DNA of 64,000 nucleotides from Escherichia coli (GTDB lineage Bacteria; Pseudomonadota; Gammaproteobacteria; Enterobacterales; Enterobacteriaceae), in the NCBI RefSeq assembly GCF_044647545.1, contig NZ_CP172818.1; one strand, given 5' to 3'. Both the position numbers and the translations under genes were made by a program. The notes below the pieces were generated by a model. The model saw only the letters and a program-made list of their open reading frames with translations, searched no databases and was not told the origin of the DNA. Position 1 is the stretch's first letter; every line of letters starts with the position of its first letter. Of this stretch, positions 23,253 to 40,757 are shown in pieces.

Positions 23253-24007
23253 GATGAAACCCCGCTTTTTTTTATTGATCGCACACCTGACAGCTGCCTC
23301 TAAAATAGAAGCACCAGAAGTACTGACAGATGTTGCACTGCTGTGTGTAGTAATAAATCAGCCCTAAATGGGTAAAATATAAAACTAATGGATTACATCT
23401 GATTTCAATCTAGCCATTACAAATCTTAAATCAAGTGTTAAACATGTAACTAAATGTAACTCGTTATATTGAAATGTTAATCTTAAGGTTTTATTAAGTT
23501 TAGAAATGATAGAAAAGTTGTACATTTGGTTTTTATTGCACAATTTTAAAAAATCATACAAATGGTGCTAACTTGCTAATAATGCATATAAAAAATATTT
23601 CGGTGTAGTCCTTTCGTCATGTAAAACGTTCTTGTTTTTTCTCTACACCTCCTTGGACAATTTTTTACTGCAAAAAGACGAGGTTTGTCACGGCTTGTGC
23701 GCAAGACATATCGCAGCAATCAGCGACGTGCAAGAAGAATGGCTGTCTGGTGATTTTTGATTGCGGAAAACGGAGATTTAAAAGAAAACAAAATATTTTT
23801 TTGCGTAGATAACAGCGTATTTACGTGGGTTTTAATACTTTGGTATGAACAAAAAAAGAAAAATACAACGCGCGGGTGAGTTATTAAAAATATTTCCGCA
23901 GACATACTTTCCATCGTAACGCAGCGTTAACAAAATACAGGTTGCGTTAACAACCAAGTTGAAATGATTTAATTTCTTAAATGTACGACCAGGTCCAGGG
24001 TGACAAC
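23253..24007. promoter_or_regulatory. csgD-csgB divergent intergenic regulatory region (csgDEFG and csgBAC promoters)
   Basis: ~750 bp AT-rich non-coding region between divergent curli operons; the only ORF in it (23720..23914) is low-complexity and judged spurious. Confidence 0.8.
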
Positions 24008-24463
24008 ATGAAAAACAAATTGTTATTTATGATGTTAACAATACTGGGTGCGCCTGGGATTGCAGCCGCAGCAGGTTATGATTTAGCTAATTCAGAATAT
24101 AACTTCGCGGTAAATGAATTGAGTAAGTCTTCATTTAATCAGGCAGCCATAATTGGTCAAGCTGGGACTAATAATAGTGCTCAGTTACGGCAGGGAGGCT
24201 CAAAACTTTTGGCGGTTGTTGCGCAAGAAGGTAGTAGCAACCGGGCAAAGATTGACCAGACAGGAGATTATAACCTTGCATATATTGATCAGGCGGGCAA
24301 TGCCAACGATGCCAGTATTTCGCAAGGTGCTTATGGTAATACTGCGATGATTATCCAGAAAGGTTCTGGTAATAAAGCAAATATTACACAGTATGGTACT
24401 CAAAAAACGGCAATTGTAGTGCAGAGACAGTCGCAAATGGCTATTCGCGTGACACAACGTTAA
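24008..24463 (+). CDS. csgB: Curli minor subunit/nucleator CsgB
   Basis: ORF track 23981..24463; the MKNKLLFMMLTILGAPGIAAA start gives 151 aa; imperfect Q/N-rich repeats. Confidence 0.94.
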   Translation: MKNKLLFMMLTILGAPGIAAAAGYDLANSEYNFAVNELSKSSFNQAAIIGQAGTNNSAQLRQGGSKLLAVVAQEGSSNRAKIDQTGDYNLAYIDQAGNANDASISQGAYGNTAMIIQKGSGNKANITQYGTQKTAIVVQRQSQMAIRVTQR

Positions 24464-24503
24464 TTTCCATTCGACTTTTAAATCAATCCGATGGGGGTTT
24501 TAC

Positions 24504-24959
24504 ATGAAACTTTTAAAAGTAGCAGCAATTGCAGCAATCGTATTCTCTGGTAGCGCTCTGGCAGGTGTTGTTCCTCAGTACGGCGGCGGCGGTAACCACG
24601 GTGGTGGCGGTAATAATAGCGGCCCAAATTCAGAGCTGAACATTTACCAGTACGGTGGCGGTAACTCTGCTCTTGCTCTGCAAGCTGACACCCGTAACTC
24701 TGATCTGACCATTACCCAGCACGGCGGCGGTAACGGCGCAGATGTTGGCCAAGGTTCTGATGACAGCTCAATCGATCTGACTCAGCGTGGTTTCGGCAAC
24801 AGCGCTACTCTTGATCAGTGGAATGGTAAAGATTCTACTATGACTGTTAAACAGTTCGGTGGCGGTAACGGTGCTGCTGTTGACCAGACTGCATCTAACT
24901 CCAGCGTTAACGTCACTCAGGTTGGCTTTGGTAACAACGCGACCGCTCATCAGTACTAA
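24504..24959 (+). CDS. csgA: Curli major subunit CsgA
   Basis: ORF 151 aa; signal peptide plus five imperfect repeats (SELNIYQYGGGNSAL..., TQHGGGNGADVGQ..., etc.). Confidence 0.95.
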   Translation: MKLLKVAAIAAIVFSGSALAGVVPQYGGGGNHGGGGNNSGPNSELNIYQYGGGNSALALQADTRNSDLTITQHGGGNGADVGQGSDDSSIDLTQRGFGNSATLDQWNGKDSTMTVKQFGGGNGAAVDQTASNSSVNVTQVGFGNNATAHQY

Positions 24960-24977
24960 TACATCCTCTATATTAAA

Positions 24978-25006
24978 GAAACAGGGCGCAAGCCCTGTTT
25001 TTTTTC
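24978..25006 (+). terminator. Rho-independent terminator/attenuator after csgA
   Basis: aaacagggcgcaagccctgttttttttc: perfect hairpin plus T-run. Confidence 0.75.
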
Positions 25007-25017
25007 GGGAGAAGAAT

Positions 25018-25401
<384 letters not shown>

Positions 25402-25402
25402 G

Positions 25403-25782
<380 letters not shown>

Positions 25783-25876
25783 GTTTCTGAACAACTCACC
25801 TTGCTGAGCAGAAAAATGCGATTTAACCAAAAAGCCTGCTGTACACTTAAGAAACAAGAAGGTGTAAGGAGGCGTT

Positions 25877-26410
25877 ATGAAAACGCGTATTCATGTTGTG
25901 CAGGGTGATATTACCAAACTGGCCGTTGATGTGATTGTGAATGCGGCTAATCCGTCATTAATGGGAGGCGGCGGCGTCGATGGGGCCATTCATCGCGCAG
26001 CGGGTCCGGCGCTGCTGGATGCCTGTTTAAAAGTCAGGCAACAGCAGGGCGATTGCCCTACGGGGCATGCCGTTATTACGCTTGCAGGCGATCTTCCCGC
26101 TAAAGCCGTAGTGCACACCGTCGGGCCAGTCTGGCGTGGTGGTGAACAAAACGAAGACCAGCTTTTGCAGGATGCCTATCTCAATAGCCTACGACTGGTG
26201 GCGGCAAACAGCTATACGTCAGTGGCTTTTCCTGCAATCAGTACTGGGGTTTATGGTTACCCTCGTGCGGCAGCGGCTGAAATCGCAGTAAAAACCGTTT
26301 CAGAATTTATTACCCGTCACGCTTTACCCGAACAGGTATACTTTGTCTGTTATGATGAAGAAAACGCCTACCTCTACGAAAGACTCCTTACCCAACAAGG
26401 AGATGAATGA
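25877..26410 (+). CDS. ymdB: Macrodomain O-acetyl-ADP-ribose deacetylase YmdB
   Basis: ORF 177 aa; macro-domain sequence ([23 protein letters not shown]). Confidence 0.93.
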   Translation: MKTRIHVVQGDITKLAVDVIVNAANPSLMGGGGVDGAIHRAAGPALLDACLKVRQQQGDCPTGHAVITLAGDLPAKAVVHTVGPVWRGGEQNEDQLLQDAYLNSLRLVAANSYTSVAFPAISTGVYGYPRAAAAEIAVKTVSEFITRHALPEQVYFVCYDEENAYLYERLLTQQGDE

Positions 26411-27833
26411 TTTGCCCCGGCTGGCGAGCGCGGTGCTGCCACTGTGTTCGCAACATCCCGGTCAGTGTGGTCTTTTCCCTCTGGAGAAAAGTCTGGATGC
26501 GTTTGCCGCCCGGTATCGTCTGGCCGAAATGGCAGAGCATACGCTGGATGTTCAGTATTACATCTGGCAGGACGATATGTCGGGTCGGTTACTGTTTTCC
26601 GCCCTGTTAGCCGCAGCAAAGCGTGGCGTTCGCGTCCGTTTGTTGCTGGACGACAACAATACACCCGGACTTGACGACATTTTACGCTTGCTTGACAGTC
26701 ATCCCCGCATTGAAGTCCGGCTTTTTAATCCTTTCTCGTTTCGCTTGCTACGTCCGCTTGGTTATATCACCGACTTTTCCCGTCTCAATCGCCGTATGCA
26801 CAATAAAAGTTTCACTGTCGATGGCGTGGTGACGCTGGTAGGGGGGCGAAATATTGGTGATGCCTATTTTGGTGCAGGGGAAGAGCCACTTTTTTCGGAT
26901 TTAGATGTCATGGCAATAGGACCAGTTGTAGAGGACGTTGCCGATGATTTCGCCCGCTACTGGTATTGCAAATCGGTTTCACCCCTACAGCAGGTGCTGG
27001 ATGTCCCGGAAGGTGAAATGGCGGATCGCATCGAGTTACCCGCCTCCTGGCATAACGATGCTATGACGCATCGTTACTTACGCAAAATGGAATCCAGTCC
27101 GTTTATAAATCATCTGGTTGATGGAACATTGCCGCTTATCTGGGCGAAAACACGTTTATTAAGTGATGATCCGGCGAAAGGGGAGGGCAAGGCAAAACGG
27201 CATTCACTGTTACCGCAGCGCCTGTTCGATATCATGGGCTCACCCAGTGAACGCATCGATATTATCTCTGCCTATTTTGTACCGACACGCGCAGGTGTGG
27301 CGCAACTCTTACGGATGGTGAGAAAAGGGGTAAAGATTGCGATCCTAACCAATTCTCTTGCCGCTAACGATGTTGCTGTCGTCCATGCCGGATACGCACG
27401 CTGGCGCAAAAAATTGCTCCGCTACGGCGTGGAATTATATGAACTCAAGCCGACGCGTGAACAAAGTAGTACGTTACACGATCGCGGCATAACCGGTAAT
27501 TCCGGTGCCAGCCTGCATGCTAAAACCTTTAGCATCGATGGTAAAACGGTGTTTATCGGCTCTTTCAATTTCGATCCGCGTTCGACATTGCTCAATACTG
27601 AAATGGGGTTCGTGATAGAGAGCGAAACGCTGGCACAGTTAATTGATAAACGCTTTATTCAGAGCCAGTATGATGCGGCCTGGCAGCTCCGTCTGGACAG
27701 GTGGGGACGGATCAACTGGGTTGATCGTCATGCAAAGAAAGAGATTATTCTCAAAAAAGAACCCGCCACCAGTTTCTGGAAGCGGGTTATGGTCAGACTG
27801 GCATCGATATTGCCCGTGGAATGGTTATTATAA
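26403..27833 (+). CDS. clsC: Cardiolipin synthase C (PLD superfamily, two HKD motifs); start uncertain
   Basis: ORF track 26343..27833; HKD motifs HNKSFTVDG and HAKTFSIDG; the ATG at 26403 overlaps the ymdB stop (ATGAATGA). Confidence 0.88.
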   Translation: MNDLPRLASAVLPLCSQHPGQCGLFPLEKSLDAFAARYRLAEMAEHTLDVQYYIWQDDMSGRLLFSALLAAAKRGVRVRLLLDDNNTPGLDDILRLLDSHPRIEVRLFNPFSFRLLRPLGYITDFSRLNRRMHNKSFTVDGVVTLVGGRNIGDAYFGAGEEPLFSDLDVMAIGPVVEDVADDFARYWYCKSVSPLQQVLDVPEGEMADRIELPASWHNDAMTHRYLRKMESSPFINHLVDGTLPLIWAKTRLLSDDPAKGEGKAKRHSLLPQRLFDIMGSPSERIDIISAYFVPTRAGVAQLLRMVRKGVKIAILTNSLAANDVAVVHAGYARWRKKLLRYGVELYELKPTREQSSTLHDRGITGNSGASLHAKTFSIDGKTVFIGSFNFDPRSTLLNTEMGFVIESETLAQLIDKRFIQSQYDAAWQLRLDRWGRINWVDRHAKKEIILKKEPATSFWKRVMVRLASILPVEWLL

Positions 27834-27840
27834 GCGTGGC

Positions 27841-28998
27841 TTAACGGGCTGGTGCTTTATCGTTCTCACGCTTGACAACCGGTTTACCAGAGAACAAAAA
27901 CTTCAGTAACGGGATGCGTAAATGAATTTCATACAGAATTATCGCAATCCCTACAACGAATATCAGGCCACAGAGAAAACCAAGCCAGTTGGAGGTGATG
28001 TGCGGTGTAATGTATGCGCCGAAAAACAGCGTTAACGGGTGGTGAACCAGATAGATAAACAGCGATGCGTTAACAAAGTAAGTCACCCGCGCTGACTGGA
28101 AGTTAAGCAAACGGTGGCCGAAGGAGAAGACCACATTCACCATCCACAGACCGAGGACCATGGTGATCACCGACTCGGTTTCGTACATCCAGGCATCGCC
28201 ACTGCCATAGCGCTGGTTGAGTAAGTAAGCGACAAATGCCAATGCTGCTGCGAGGGTACAGCCACGAGACGGCGTGGTAAACAAGGCTTTAAGATGAGGG
28301 AAAATGAAAGCCAGTGCGCCGAGGATAAAGAACGGCAAATAAAATAGCGTTTGCATGACAATAAAATTGAACATGCCATTACTCAGAATGGGCGGATACA
28401 CAATAAAAATCGTTCTTCTTATTACCGCATAACCGATGCCGAGGCACAAAAAAATCACCGATAGTTTTACCATCGAGAATTTTTTATTCGTTTTATCAGA
28501 ATTTTCTAAATTATTTCTGATGCGTTTGAATATCCAGACGCACAGCGTCGTCATGACCACTAACACCAATAAAAACCACAGGTGCGATATTAATTCCCAG
28601 GCCAACGTATTATATTTGTCATACATTGACAGCCCAGGCCAACTTTCCGCTTTCCCTTTGACGTATTGCAGCATAATAAATTGCGGTAATGTCAGTAGGG
28701 GGATGGCTGTTAACATCGGGATACCTACACGTTCGACACGTACTTTCCACCATTTTTTCAAGGGATAGCGTAAAAAAAGCATGTAGGAAAAGTAGCCGGA
28801 TATAACGAAAAATACCTGCATGCGGAACGAGTGGATGAAGTCATTAAAAAGGGTCAGCCACAATGACGGTTCGGCGCTATTCACATGCCATGTATGGCTC
28901 GAATAGATTAAAGAAATATGAAAAGGGATCCCTAACAACATCAGCCAGGCGCGGATGGAGTCGAGGAAATATTCACGTTGCGCGGGTACTGGATTCAT
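27841..28998 (-). CDS. opgC: Osmoregulated periplasmic glucan succinyltransferase OpgC (acyltransferase-3 family)
   Basis: ORF 385 aa, polytopic membrane protein; recognised as MdoC/OpgC. Confidence 0.92.
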   Translation of the reverse strand: MNPVPAQREYFLDSIRAWLMLLGIPFHISLIYSSHTWHVNSAEPSLWLTLFNDFIHSFRMQVFFVISGYFSYMLFLRYPLKKWWKVRVERVGIPMLTAIPLLTLPQFIMLQYVKGKAESWPGLSMYDKYNTLAWELISHLWFLLVLVVMTTLCVWIFKRIRNNLENSDKTNKKFSMVKLSVIFLCLGIGYAVIRRTIFIVYPPILSNGMFNFIVMQTLFYLPFFILGALAFIFPHLKALFTTPSRGCTLAAALAFVAYLLNQRYGSGDAWMYETESVITMVLGLWMVNVVFSFGHRLLNFQSARVTYFVNASLFIYLVHHPLTLFFGAYITPHITSNWLGFLCGLIFVVGIAIILYEIHLRIPLLKFLFSGKPVVKRENDKAPAR

Positions 28999-29280
28999 AT
29001 ATGGTTAACTAATCTCGGATTTTTCGTCTTATCCCTGTCGGGTTATGCCTTTAGGCTTGTTGCCATAGCGACACCGACCTGACCGCGCCAGACGCAGGCT
29101 TCAAGGTTTTTATGCATAGCATCATCGCTACCACTAACCAGAATGGAAGCGTCTGTAAGACGGTTGATAAATAAATTTGCTGGCAAACCCTACACGAAGT
29201 CGATGCTTCTGTCTTTAGGAGAAGCACGGAAAGTGAAAACGGTTGCAATCAGGTGCTTAATCCATGAGCCAGCGTGCTGA

Positions 29281-33463
<4,183 letters not shown>

Positions 33464-33473
33464 AAACGTAGTT

Positions 33474-33575
33474 GCCTGATGCGCTACGCTTATCAGGCCT
33501 ACATCGCTCCTGCAATGTATTGATTTTGCAAGATTTTGTGGGTCGGATAAGGCGTTCACGCCACATCTGGCAAAA
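33474..33575. repeat. REP/BIME extragenic palindromic repeats
   Basis: gcctgatgcgctacgcttatcaggcctac and gtgggtcggataaggcgttcacgccacatctggca are classic REP units. Confidence 0.75.
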
Positions 33576-33635
33576 ACAACGAGCCAATAAAAATACCGGC
33601 GTTATGCCGGTATTTTTTTACGGAAGAGGTATCAA

Positions 33636-33863
33636 ATGCGTTTAATTGTGGTGAGCATCATGGTGACCTTGCTGAGTGGCTGTGGCAGCATTATTAGTCG
33701 CACTATACCGGGGCAGGGGCATGGCAACCAATATTATCCCGGTGTGCAATGGGATGTGCGTGACTCCGCCTGGCGTTATGTCACGATCCTTGATCTGCCA
33801 TTCTCCCTGGTTTTTGATACTTTACTGCTGCCGATCGACATTCATCATGGCCCGTATGAGTAA
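33636..33863 (+). CDS. yceK: Lipoprotein YceK
   Basis: ORF 75 aa; lipobox LLSGCGS. Confidence 0.88.
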   Translation: MRLIVVSIMVTLLSGCGSIISRTIPGQGHGNQYYPGVQWDVRDSAWRYVTILDLPFSLVFDTLLLPIDIHHGPYE

Positions 33864-34238
33864 TTAACGTTCATCCCACTCATCAGCTGCTGCGCGTCCT
33901 TCCTCAGTATCCAGCGGTGGCTCAAGCTGAAATTCCCCCTCATCCCATTCATGTAATGTATTCTCTTCCTGCCACTCCTGGCGGATCTCTATCTCATCAT
34001 AGTCGCCATCAAAGACACTTTGCGCGGCTTCACCGCTAAGCATAGGTAAACATTCACCTTCTTCCCCTTCGTCGGCAAAAAACTCAACTTGCCACATGAT
34101 GTCGCCGTCCTGCAAAACGTATTTTTGGGCATTGAACTGTTGCACATTCGCATCTTCGGCGTCGATGCCGGGGTTGTCTGCAAGAAATTCTTCGCGTGCA
34201 GCGTCAATGGCTTCTTCAAGCGTTGCGTACATGGTCAT
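33864..34238 (-). CDS. msyB: Acidic protein MsyB
   Basis: ORF 125 aa, highly acidic (…DEGEEGE…); recognised as MsyB. Confidence 0.9.
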   Translation of the reverse strand: MTMYATLEEAIDAAREEFLADNPGIDAEDANVQQFNAQKYVLQDGDIMWQVEFFADEGEEGECLPMLSGEAAQSVFDGDYDEIEIRQEWQEENTLHEWDEGEFQLEPPLDTEEGRAAADEWDER

Positions 34239-34320
34239 CACGATTCTCCCTTTGAGTTGATGAGGTTTCAGGGAAAAGGATAGCTGATTCTCCGCTTTTG
34301 CAAGTATGAAAGGCGAAAAA

Positions 34321-35547
34321 TCAGTTCGATACCTGGGGTATTCGACGACGACGTAGACTGTTCCATGAATAGACTGCGTTGAATAACACGACGCCAGCGG
34401 TGACGAGAAATACCGCTCTGAAACCGTAGTTCGCTGAAATCGCTGCTCCCATCAATGGTCCGGTAACGTTGCCAATATCACGGAACGATTGGTTATAGCT
34501 GAAGATACGCCCGGCGATCTGGTTGCTCGAGTTATAAACTAACAGTGTCTGTACGGCGGGGAGTAGTGCACCATCGGCGGCACCGAGCAAAAAACGTAAA
34601 ATCCCAAGTTGTAATGGCGTCTGAACGTAAGACATTGGGATCAATAGCAGTACAGAAAAGATCAGCGCCGTAATCAGGATCTTTTCGGGTCCGATTCGAT
34701 CGCCAAGTTTGCCGAGTCGTGGTGCACTCAGCAGAGCCGCCACGCCTGGCACCGAGGCGATCATGCCACTGATAAAGGCAACGTTACTGACGTTACCCGC
34801 CAGTTCGCGGACATACAGCGTCAGAATGGGGGCAATTGAGCCCGTCGCCACCTGGATGATTAACGTAGTGACAAACAGGCTGAGTACCAGTTTCGGGTTT
34901 TTAAGTGATGTCACCACTTCCCGCATGTGCAGCATCTCTTTTTTGCTGACCGGCTGGAATTTTTCTCTGATGCAAAACAGGGTGACGAAAAAGCAGAGTA
35001 TGAGCACACTGGCGGTAATAAAGAATACCGGACGTAAGCCGTAGCTATCGGCGAGCAAACCGCCAGCCATTGGGCCGAGCAACGCGCCGCTAACGCCGCC
35101 TGTGGAGAGCGTACCCAGCGCCCAGCCGCTTTTATTACGCGGTACTTGTGTGGCGATAAGAGCATTAGCGTTGGGAACAAATCCGCCAAGTAACCCAAGA
35201 AGCGCCCGCAGGATCAAAAACTGCCAGATATTTTGTGCCAGCCCCATCAACACCATCACGATGCCCATGCCGAGGGCAGAGCGTAATAGCATGAGTTTTC
35301 GGCCTTTACGGTCGGCGAGTCCACCCCAAAACGGTGAGGCGATGGCCGAAAATAAAAATGTAATGCTGAAGACAATACCGGACCACATATTCAGGGCGGA
35401 GTGGCCGGTAACGCCAAGCTGCTCAACGTAGAGGGGTAAGAAGGGCATTACCAGGCTGAAGGCGGCACCGGTAAGAAAACAGCCTAGCCAGGCGACGATC
35501 AGGTTTCGTTTCCAGTTTATAGGGGTGTCATTTTCACAGGGTGACAT
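34321..35547 (-). CDS. mdtG: MFS multidrug efflux transporter MdtG
   Basis: ORF 408 aa, 12-TM MFS protein; recognised as MdtG/YceE. Confidence 0.92.
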
Positions 35548-35718
35548 AGCAATCCGCTGTTGGTGCGCCAGGCGCGGTGAACATAAGAAGAAAAGATAAG
35601 CACACTAATTATGCGCCCGACTTCCAGGGGGCGCAATCCAGAGAGCTTTTATCGCTAAATCAGGGGGATTTTCTGTGGTAATGCCGGATGCCATTCTGAA
35701 GCATCCAGCATGGAAGAT

Positions 35719-36639
35719 TTAATAGCGTGAAGGAACGCCTTCCGGGCGTGTTTTAAAGCGACGGTGTAACCACATATACTGCTCTGGTGCCATCATGATG
35801 CATTTTTCGACCACTTTGTTCATCCACGCGGCGGTAGTTTCGGCATCATCCAGCGGCGGAGAACACTCTGGCGGCAGTATAATCAACTGATACCCTTTGC
35901 CATCTGGCTTACGGCGTGGAACGAAGGGCACCAGACATGCGCCGGACATCCGTGACAGCATCCAGGTTCCGGTCGTGGTCGCAGCCTGCTCAACGGCAAA
36001 CAACGGGACGAAAACGCTTGAGCGCGGGCCGTAATCATGATCCGGTGCGTACCAGACCACTTCGCCTTTTTTCAGGGCTTTAATCATGCCTTTTAAATCT
36101 TTGCGGTCGAGCATCGATTTATTTGAGCGCAAACGGCCCCAGGTTTGTAGCCAGTCAATCAGTGGATTATCGTTCGGGCGGTAAACGCCAATCCCCGGTT
36201 CCTGCATACCAAACTGCCGCGCACCCAGCTCCAGTGTCAGAAAATGGATGCCAACTAACAGGATGCCGCGTTTTTGCGCCTGCACGTCACGAATGTGTTC
36301 CATGCCGATCACTTCCGTCCAGCGGGCGATTCGGCGGTCCGGCCAGAACCACGCCATGCCGGTTTCCATCAGGCCCATGCCAACGGATTCGAAATTCTTC
36401 ACCACCATTTTACGGCGTTCTTGTTCGCTCATTTCCGGGAAGCACAGTTCCAGGTTGCGATGCACAATTTTTGCGCGTCGTTTCATAAAACGTAACGCCA
36501 GTTTTCCTAATCCACAACCGAGGCGGTAGATAACCGGGTAGGGCAATTGCACGACCAACCAAAGTACGCCAATACCCAACCAGGTTAACCAATAACGCGG
36601 ATGAAGCAGTGCGGTGGAGAACTTGGGTAGATTCGTCAT
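35719..36639 (-). CDS. lpxL: Lipid A biosynthesis lauroyltransferase LpxL
   Basis: ORF track 35719..36702; the [24 protein letters not shown] start gives 306 aa. Confidence 0.93.
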   Translation of the reverse strand: MTNLPKFSTALLHPRYWLTWLGIGVLWLVVQLPYPVIYRLGCGLGKLALRFMKRRAKIVHRNLELCFPEMSEQERRKMVVKNFESVGMGLMETGMAWFWPDRRIARWTEVIGMEHIRDVQAQKRGILLVGIHFLTLELGARQFGMQEPGIGVYRPNDNPLIDWLQTWGRLRSNKSMLDRKDLKGMIKALKKGEVVWYAPDHDYGPRSSVFVPLFAVEQAATTTGTWMLSRMSGACLVPFVPRRKPDGKGYQLIILPPECSPPLDDAETTAAWMNKVVEKCIMMAPEQYMWLHRRFKTRPEGVPSRY

Positions 36640-36863
36640 ATCAATCCTGTTTTTCAACCTATACGGGCAATTGTATGTATTGTCGCATTTTTTCGTCCGC
36701 AACCAAAATTTGTGACTGAAGACTGGGCGAAATTGCCGCGCTTGTAAATAACAAATAATTTTTAATGCTAAAATGTAGCGTAAAATGTGTGGATGTTAAT
36801 TATCGATAATTGCTATATCATGCCGCGGATTTTTACTTTCCCATCTCGCAGGAACCGTACACC

Positions 36864-37916
36864 ATGCCAGTGTTACACAACCGCATTTCCAACGACGCGT
36901 TAAAAGCCAAAATGTTGGCTGAGAGCGAACCGCGAACCACCATTTCGTTTTATAAGTATTTCCACATCGCCGATCCTAAGGCGACCCGTGACGCTTTATA
37001 TCAGCTGTTTACCGCGCTGAATGTTTTTGGGCGAGTGTATCTGGCGCATGAGGGCATTAACGCGCAAATCAGCGTACCTGAGAGCAATGTTGAAACATTT
37101 CGCGCGCAGCTTTATGCCTTCGACCCGGCTTTAGAGGGCTTACGCCTGAATATCGCGTTGGATGATGACGGGAAATCCTTCTGGGTACTGCGCATGAAGG
37201 TCCGCGATCGTATCGTTGCCGACGGTATTGACGATCCTCACTTTGATGCCAGCAATGTGGGTGAGTATCTGCAAGCGGCGGAAGTGAACGCCATGCTTGA
37301 CGATCCCGATGCATTGTTTATCGACATGCGTAACCACTATGAGTATGAAGTGGGGCACTTTGAAAACGCGCTGGAAATTCCGGCAGATACCTTCCGTGAG
37401 CAGCTGCCAAAAGCAGTCGAGATGATGCAGGCACATAAAGATAAAAAAATCGTTATGTACTGCACCGGCGGCATTCGTTGTGAAAAGGCCAGTGCCTGGA
37501 TGAAACATAACGGATTCAATAAAGTCTGGCATATCGAGGGCGGAATTATTGAATACGCCCGCAAGGCGCGCGAGCAGGGTTTACCGGTACGTTTTATTGG
37601 CAAAAATTTTGTTTTTGACGAGCGGATGGGCGAACGTATATCTGATGAGATTATCGCGCATTGCCACCAGTGCGGTGCGCCGTGCGACAGCCATACCAAC
37701 TGTAAAAATGATGGCTGCCACCTGCTTTTTATTCAGTGTCCAGTATGTGCGGAAAAATACAAAGGTTGTTGTAGTGAGATTTGCTGCGAAGAAAGCGCGT
37801 TACCGCCTGAAGAACAGCGACGCCGTCGGGCAGGACGTGAAAATGGCAATAAGATCTTTAATAAGTCTCGTGGACGTCTGAATACAACACTGGGCATTCC
37901 TGATCCAACAGAATAA
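36864..37916 (+). CDS. trhO: Rhodanese-domain tRNA U34 hydroxylase TrhO/YceA
   Basis: ORF track 36810..37916; the [16 protein letters not shown] start gives 350 aa; rhodanese active-site motif [10 protein letters not shown]. Confidence 0.9.
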   Translation: MPVLHNRISNDALKAKMLAESEPRTTISFYKYFHIADPKATRDALYQLFTALNVFGRVYLAHEGINAQISVPESNVETFRAQLYAFDPALEGLRLNIALDDDGKSFWVLRMKVRDRIVADGIDDPHFDASNVGEYLQAAEVNAMLDDPDALFIDMRNHYEYEVGHFENALEIPADTFREQLPKAVEMMQAHKDKKIVMYCTGGIRCEKASAWMKHNGFNKVWHIEGGIIEYARKAREQGLPVRFIGKNFVFDERMGERISDEIIAHCHQCGAPCDSHTNCKNDGCHLLFIQCPVCAEKYKGCCSEICCEESALPPEEQRRRRAGRENGNKIFNKSRGRLNTTLGIPDPTE

Positions 37917-37922
37917 ATATCA

Positions 37923-37947
37923 TTGCCGGATGCGTGCCATCCGGCAA
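37923..37947. terminator. Bidirectional hairpin terminator between convergent trhO and yceI
   Basis: ttgccggatgcgtgccatccggcaa: perfect 9 bp stem. Confidence 0.6.
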
Positions 37948-37957
37948 CATTTCACTC

Positions 37958-38533
37958 TTACTTCTGCTGTACGCCTTCCACTGAAATAATCAGATCCACT
38001 TCCTGAGAAGCTGGACCTAAATCTGTTTTGATATTGAAGTCCTTGAGCTTAATTTTGCCTTCGGCCTCGAAGCCTGCACGTTTACCACCCCACGGGTCGT
38101 CGCCTTGACCAATTAATTTCGCTTCCAGCGTGACGGGTTTGGTTACGCCATTCAGCGTCAGATCGCCGGTAATATCCAATTCGTCACCGTCTTTCTTCAC
38201 GCTGGTGGAGGTGAATGTTGCCTGTGGATATTTTGCAGTATTGAGGAAATCTGCACTGCGAAGATGTTTATCGCGTTCGGCGTGATTAGTATCGACGCTG
38301 GTGGTGTTAATTGTCACATTCACTTTATCGGCAGCTGGATTTTTTTCATCAAAGGTAAAAGTACCGTCGAAATCTTTAAAGGTGCCATATAACCAGCTAT
38401 AGCCAAGATGCTGGATGCGGAAGTTAACAAAGGCGTGCTGACCTTCTTTGTCAATTTTGTAATCGGCGGCAACCGCTGAACCGGCAGAGAACATCAAGGA
38501 AGCGAAGGTTAAACCAAGCAGGCTTTTTTTCAT
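37958..38533 (-). CDS. yceI: Periplasmic polyisoprenoid-binding protein YceI
   Basis: ORF 191 aa with signal peptide; recognised as YceI. Confidence 0.92.
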
Positions 38534-38536
38534 TTT

Positions 38537-39103
38537 TTATACTCCATAGTCAGATGACGACTTTCCCAGCATGCGCTTCAGAGTGTCGTCTTTATCGATG
38601 AAATGATGCTTCAGGGCCATAAATCCGTGCATAACGGACAGTACTACGACGCTCCACGCGAGCCAAAAATGCAGGGCACCGGCAAAGTCAGCCTGTGCGC
38701 CAGCGTCGGCGAGGGTCGCGGGGACGTCAAACCAGCCAAAAACGCTGATCGGTTTACCATCGGCAGTTGAGATCAGATAGCCGCTGATGCCGATGGCGAA
38801 CAGCAATAGGTACAATGCGAGATGTCCAGCTTTTGCTGCAAGACGAGTTATGGGCGAATAACTCGGCAGCGGACCCGGCGGTGGAGATATGACACGCCAC
38901 AGAACGCGAATAACCAGTCCCATCATTAACAAAATACCGATGCTTTTATGCAGTTCGGGTGCTTTGTGATACCAGCCATCGTAATAACTGAGCGTGACCA
39001 TCCACAGACCTAAAGCAAACATGCCGTAGACAATAATTGCGCTTAGCCAATGGAAGGCCGCAGATATAACACCATAGCGTTCAGGGGTATTTGTGAATGA
39101 CAT
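38537..39103 (-). CDS. yceJ: Cytochrome b561 family protein YceJ
   Basis: ORF track 38537..39178; the MSFTNTPERYGVISAAFHW start gives 188 aa; 4-TM haem-binding membrane protein. Confidence 0.88.
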   Translation of the reverse strand: MSFTNTPERYGVISAAFHWLSAIIVYGMFALGLWMVTLSYYDGWYHKAPELHKSIGILLMMGLVIRVLWRVISPPPGPLPSYSPITRLAAKAGHLALYLLLFAIGISGYLISTADGKPISVFGWFDVPATLADAGAQADFAGALHFWLAWSVVVLSVMHGFMALKHHFIDKDDTLKRMLGKSSSDYGV

Positions 39104-39363
39104 AAGTGCATCCAAAACGACTTTGCGAGAGAAAGAAAATGGCGTGTCGGAGAATGAATTGCAACACAAAAATAACAAATTGAATGATATTTATTTTTAT
39201 TTCAATAATTTTGAATTAATAATGAAAGAATCTTCATAAGTTTAGTGGGTTCAGCTTCAGAGATGTCTGGTGAGTGCTGTTGAAGCAGGAATAATCTCAT
39301 TCAATTTTTCACGCTAAATGAAAGGGAGATTAAATATTTGTCAGTTTATGTCAGTGCGGAAAA

Positions 39364-39477
39364 CTAAAAATAAAACACATAGATCAGATCCATAATTGCC
39401 AACAATCCCCAGAGAAAAAGATAAAGCATCAGATGCTTGCGAATATTATTGATGAGATAGTGCAACAGCCGACGCAT
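39364..39477 (-). CDS. yceO: Small hydrophobic protein YceO (37 codons as read here)
   Basis: Manual minus-strand reading gives [37 protein letters not shown]; below the ORF-track length cut-off; position between yceJ and solA. Confidence 0.5.
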   Translation of the reverse strand: MRRLLHYLINNIRKHLMLYLFLWGLLAIMDLIYVFYF

Positions 39478-39524
39478 TAAATACTCCTGTAAAAACGGCC
39501 TCATTCTGGAGGCCGTAATGATGA

Positions 39525-40643
39525 TTATTGGAAGCGGGAAAGCCTGAATGGCGTCAAATCAAAATCGCTTTTTTTGTCTTGCGCAAAATCGGCAGCTATT
39601 TCCCCTAAAACTGACGCAAATTTAAAACCGTGCCCACTCAGGCCGGTAATGAGCAGTGTATTATCGTGGCCGGGTAGGGTATCGATAATAAAATCTTCGT
39701 CAGGCGAATTATCATAGGTGCAGGCAGCGCCGTACAGGCAGCAACCGATACCCGGCAATACATTGCGCAAGAACGGGAAGGCTTCCGAACCATCGCTGAC
39801 CACTTCCGCAAACGGAACACGTTCATCCGCTGAATGGATAACCTGGCCTCCGTTATGTTTGCCAATCTTCAACGCGTCGTTTTCTGCCGGAAAACCATAA
39901 TATTGATCGCCATTGGGCAGTTCACCGGTAAACGCCGGGAATTTATTCTTCACGCTATAGCGACCATCGGCCTGATACCAGGCAAATACTTTGCGTACGG
40001 GCTGGACAGGCAGCTCCGGGAGTAGGTCTTTTACCCATGTTCCCGCGCAGACAATCGCTTTTTTCGCCCGATACTCACCGTCAGCCGTTTCAATAGTTAC
40101 GCCATCATCGTCATGACGAATTGCGGTGACCGGGCAGTTGAACAGCTGCGCACAGCCCGCTTCCTTCGCCAGTTGGATCCAGGTTTTAATCGCCAGTTCG
40201 CTGCGCAAAAAACCAGAATCAGTTTCAAATAAACCGATGTAGTTGTCCGGGACGCGTATTTCTGGCCAGCGGGCCATAATCCCTTGCGCGTCGAGCTTTT
40301 CAACGTTGAGTTGCCACTGTTCGGCGCTGTGGGCGACGTTGGCGAGAAATGCGGAGTCAGCCGGACCGAGGTTAATGACACCAGAGCGTACAAAAATGGG
40401 ATCATCTTCGTTGTGGCGGGAAAGTTCATCCCACAGCATTTGCGCGCGGAGGACCAGCGGGACATACTTTTCACCTTCACCATAAGCATGGCGAATTAAT
40501 CGCGTATCGCCGTGGTGGCTGCCGTGTTGATGTGGTGGCATATGGGCGTCGGTCATAAGCACGTTTAAACCGGCGCGGGTTGCATAATACCCGGCGGCAG
40601 CGCCTATGGAACCGCTGCCAATAATGATGAGATCGTATTTCAT
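39525..40643 (-). CDS. solA: N-methyl-L-tryptophan oxidase SolA (FAD-dependent)
   Basis: ORF 372 aa; N-terminal FAD fold [21 protein letters not shown]. Confidence 0.93.
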   Translation of the reverse strand: MKYDLIIIGSGSIGAAAGYYATRAGLNVLMTDAHMPPHQHGSHHGDTRLIRHAYGEGEKYVPLVLRAQMLWDELSRHNEDDPIFVRSGVINLGPADSAFLANVAHSAEQWQLNVEKLDAQGIMARWPEIRVPDNYIGLFETDSGFLRSELAIKTWIQLAKEAGCAQLFNCPVTAIRHDDDGVTIETADGEYRAKKAIVCAGTWVKDLLPELPVQPVRKVFAWYQADGRYSVKNKFPAFTGELPNGDQYYGFPAENDALKIGKHNGGQVIHSADERVPFAEVVSDGSEAFPFLRNVLPGIGCCLYGAACTYDNSPDEDFIIDTLPGHDNTLLITGLSGHGFKFASVLGEIAADFAQDKKSDFDLTPFRLSRFQ

Positions 40644-40757
40644 TTTTTTCTCTCTGCTCTCATGGTTTAAGCAGAGTAATTAACTGAATGCAGATATACA
40701 ACCCAGAAATGGTAAAGGCACCGGTGAGGTGCCTTTTGGGTGGATGGTCATGTCATG

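Noticed and set aside
23720-23914. 64 aa ORF in the csgD-csgB intergenic region
   Set aside because: It lies in a regulatory intergenic region, is AT-rich, and has no ribosome-binding site.
29051-29248. 65 aa ORF between opgC and opgG
   Set aside because: It lies in the divergent promoter region and shows no coding signature; most likely a chance ORF.
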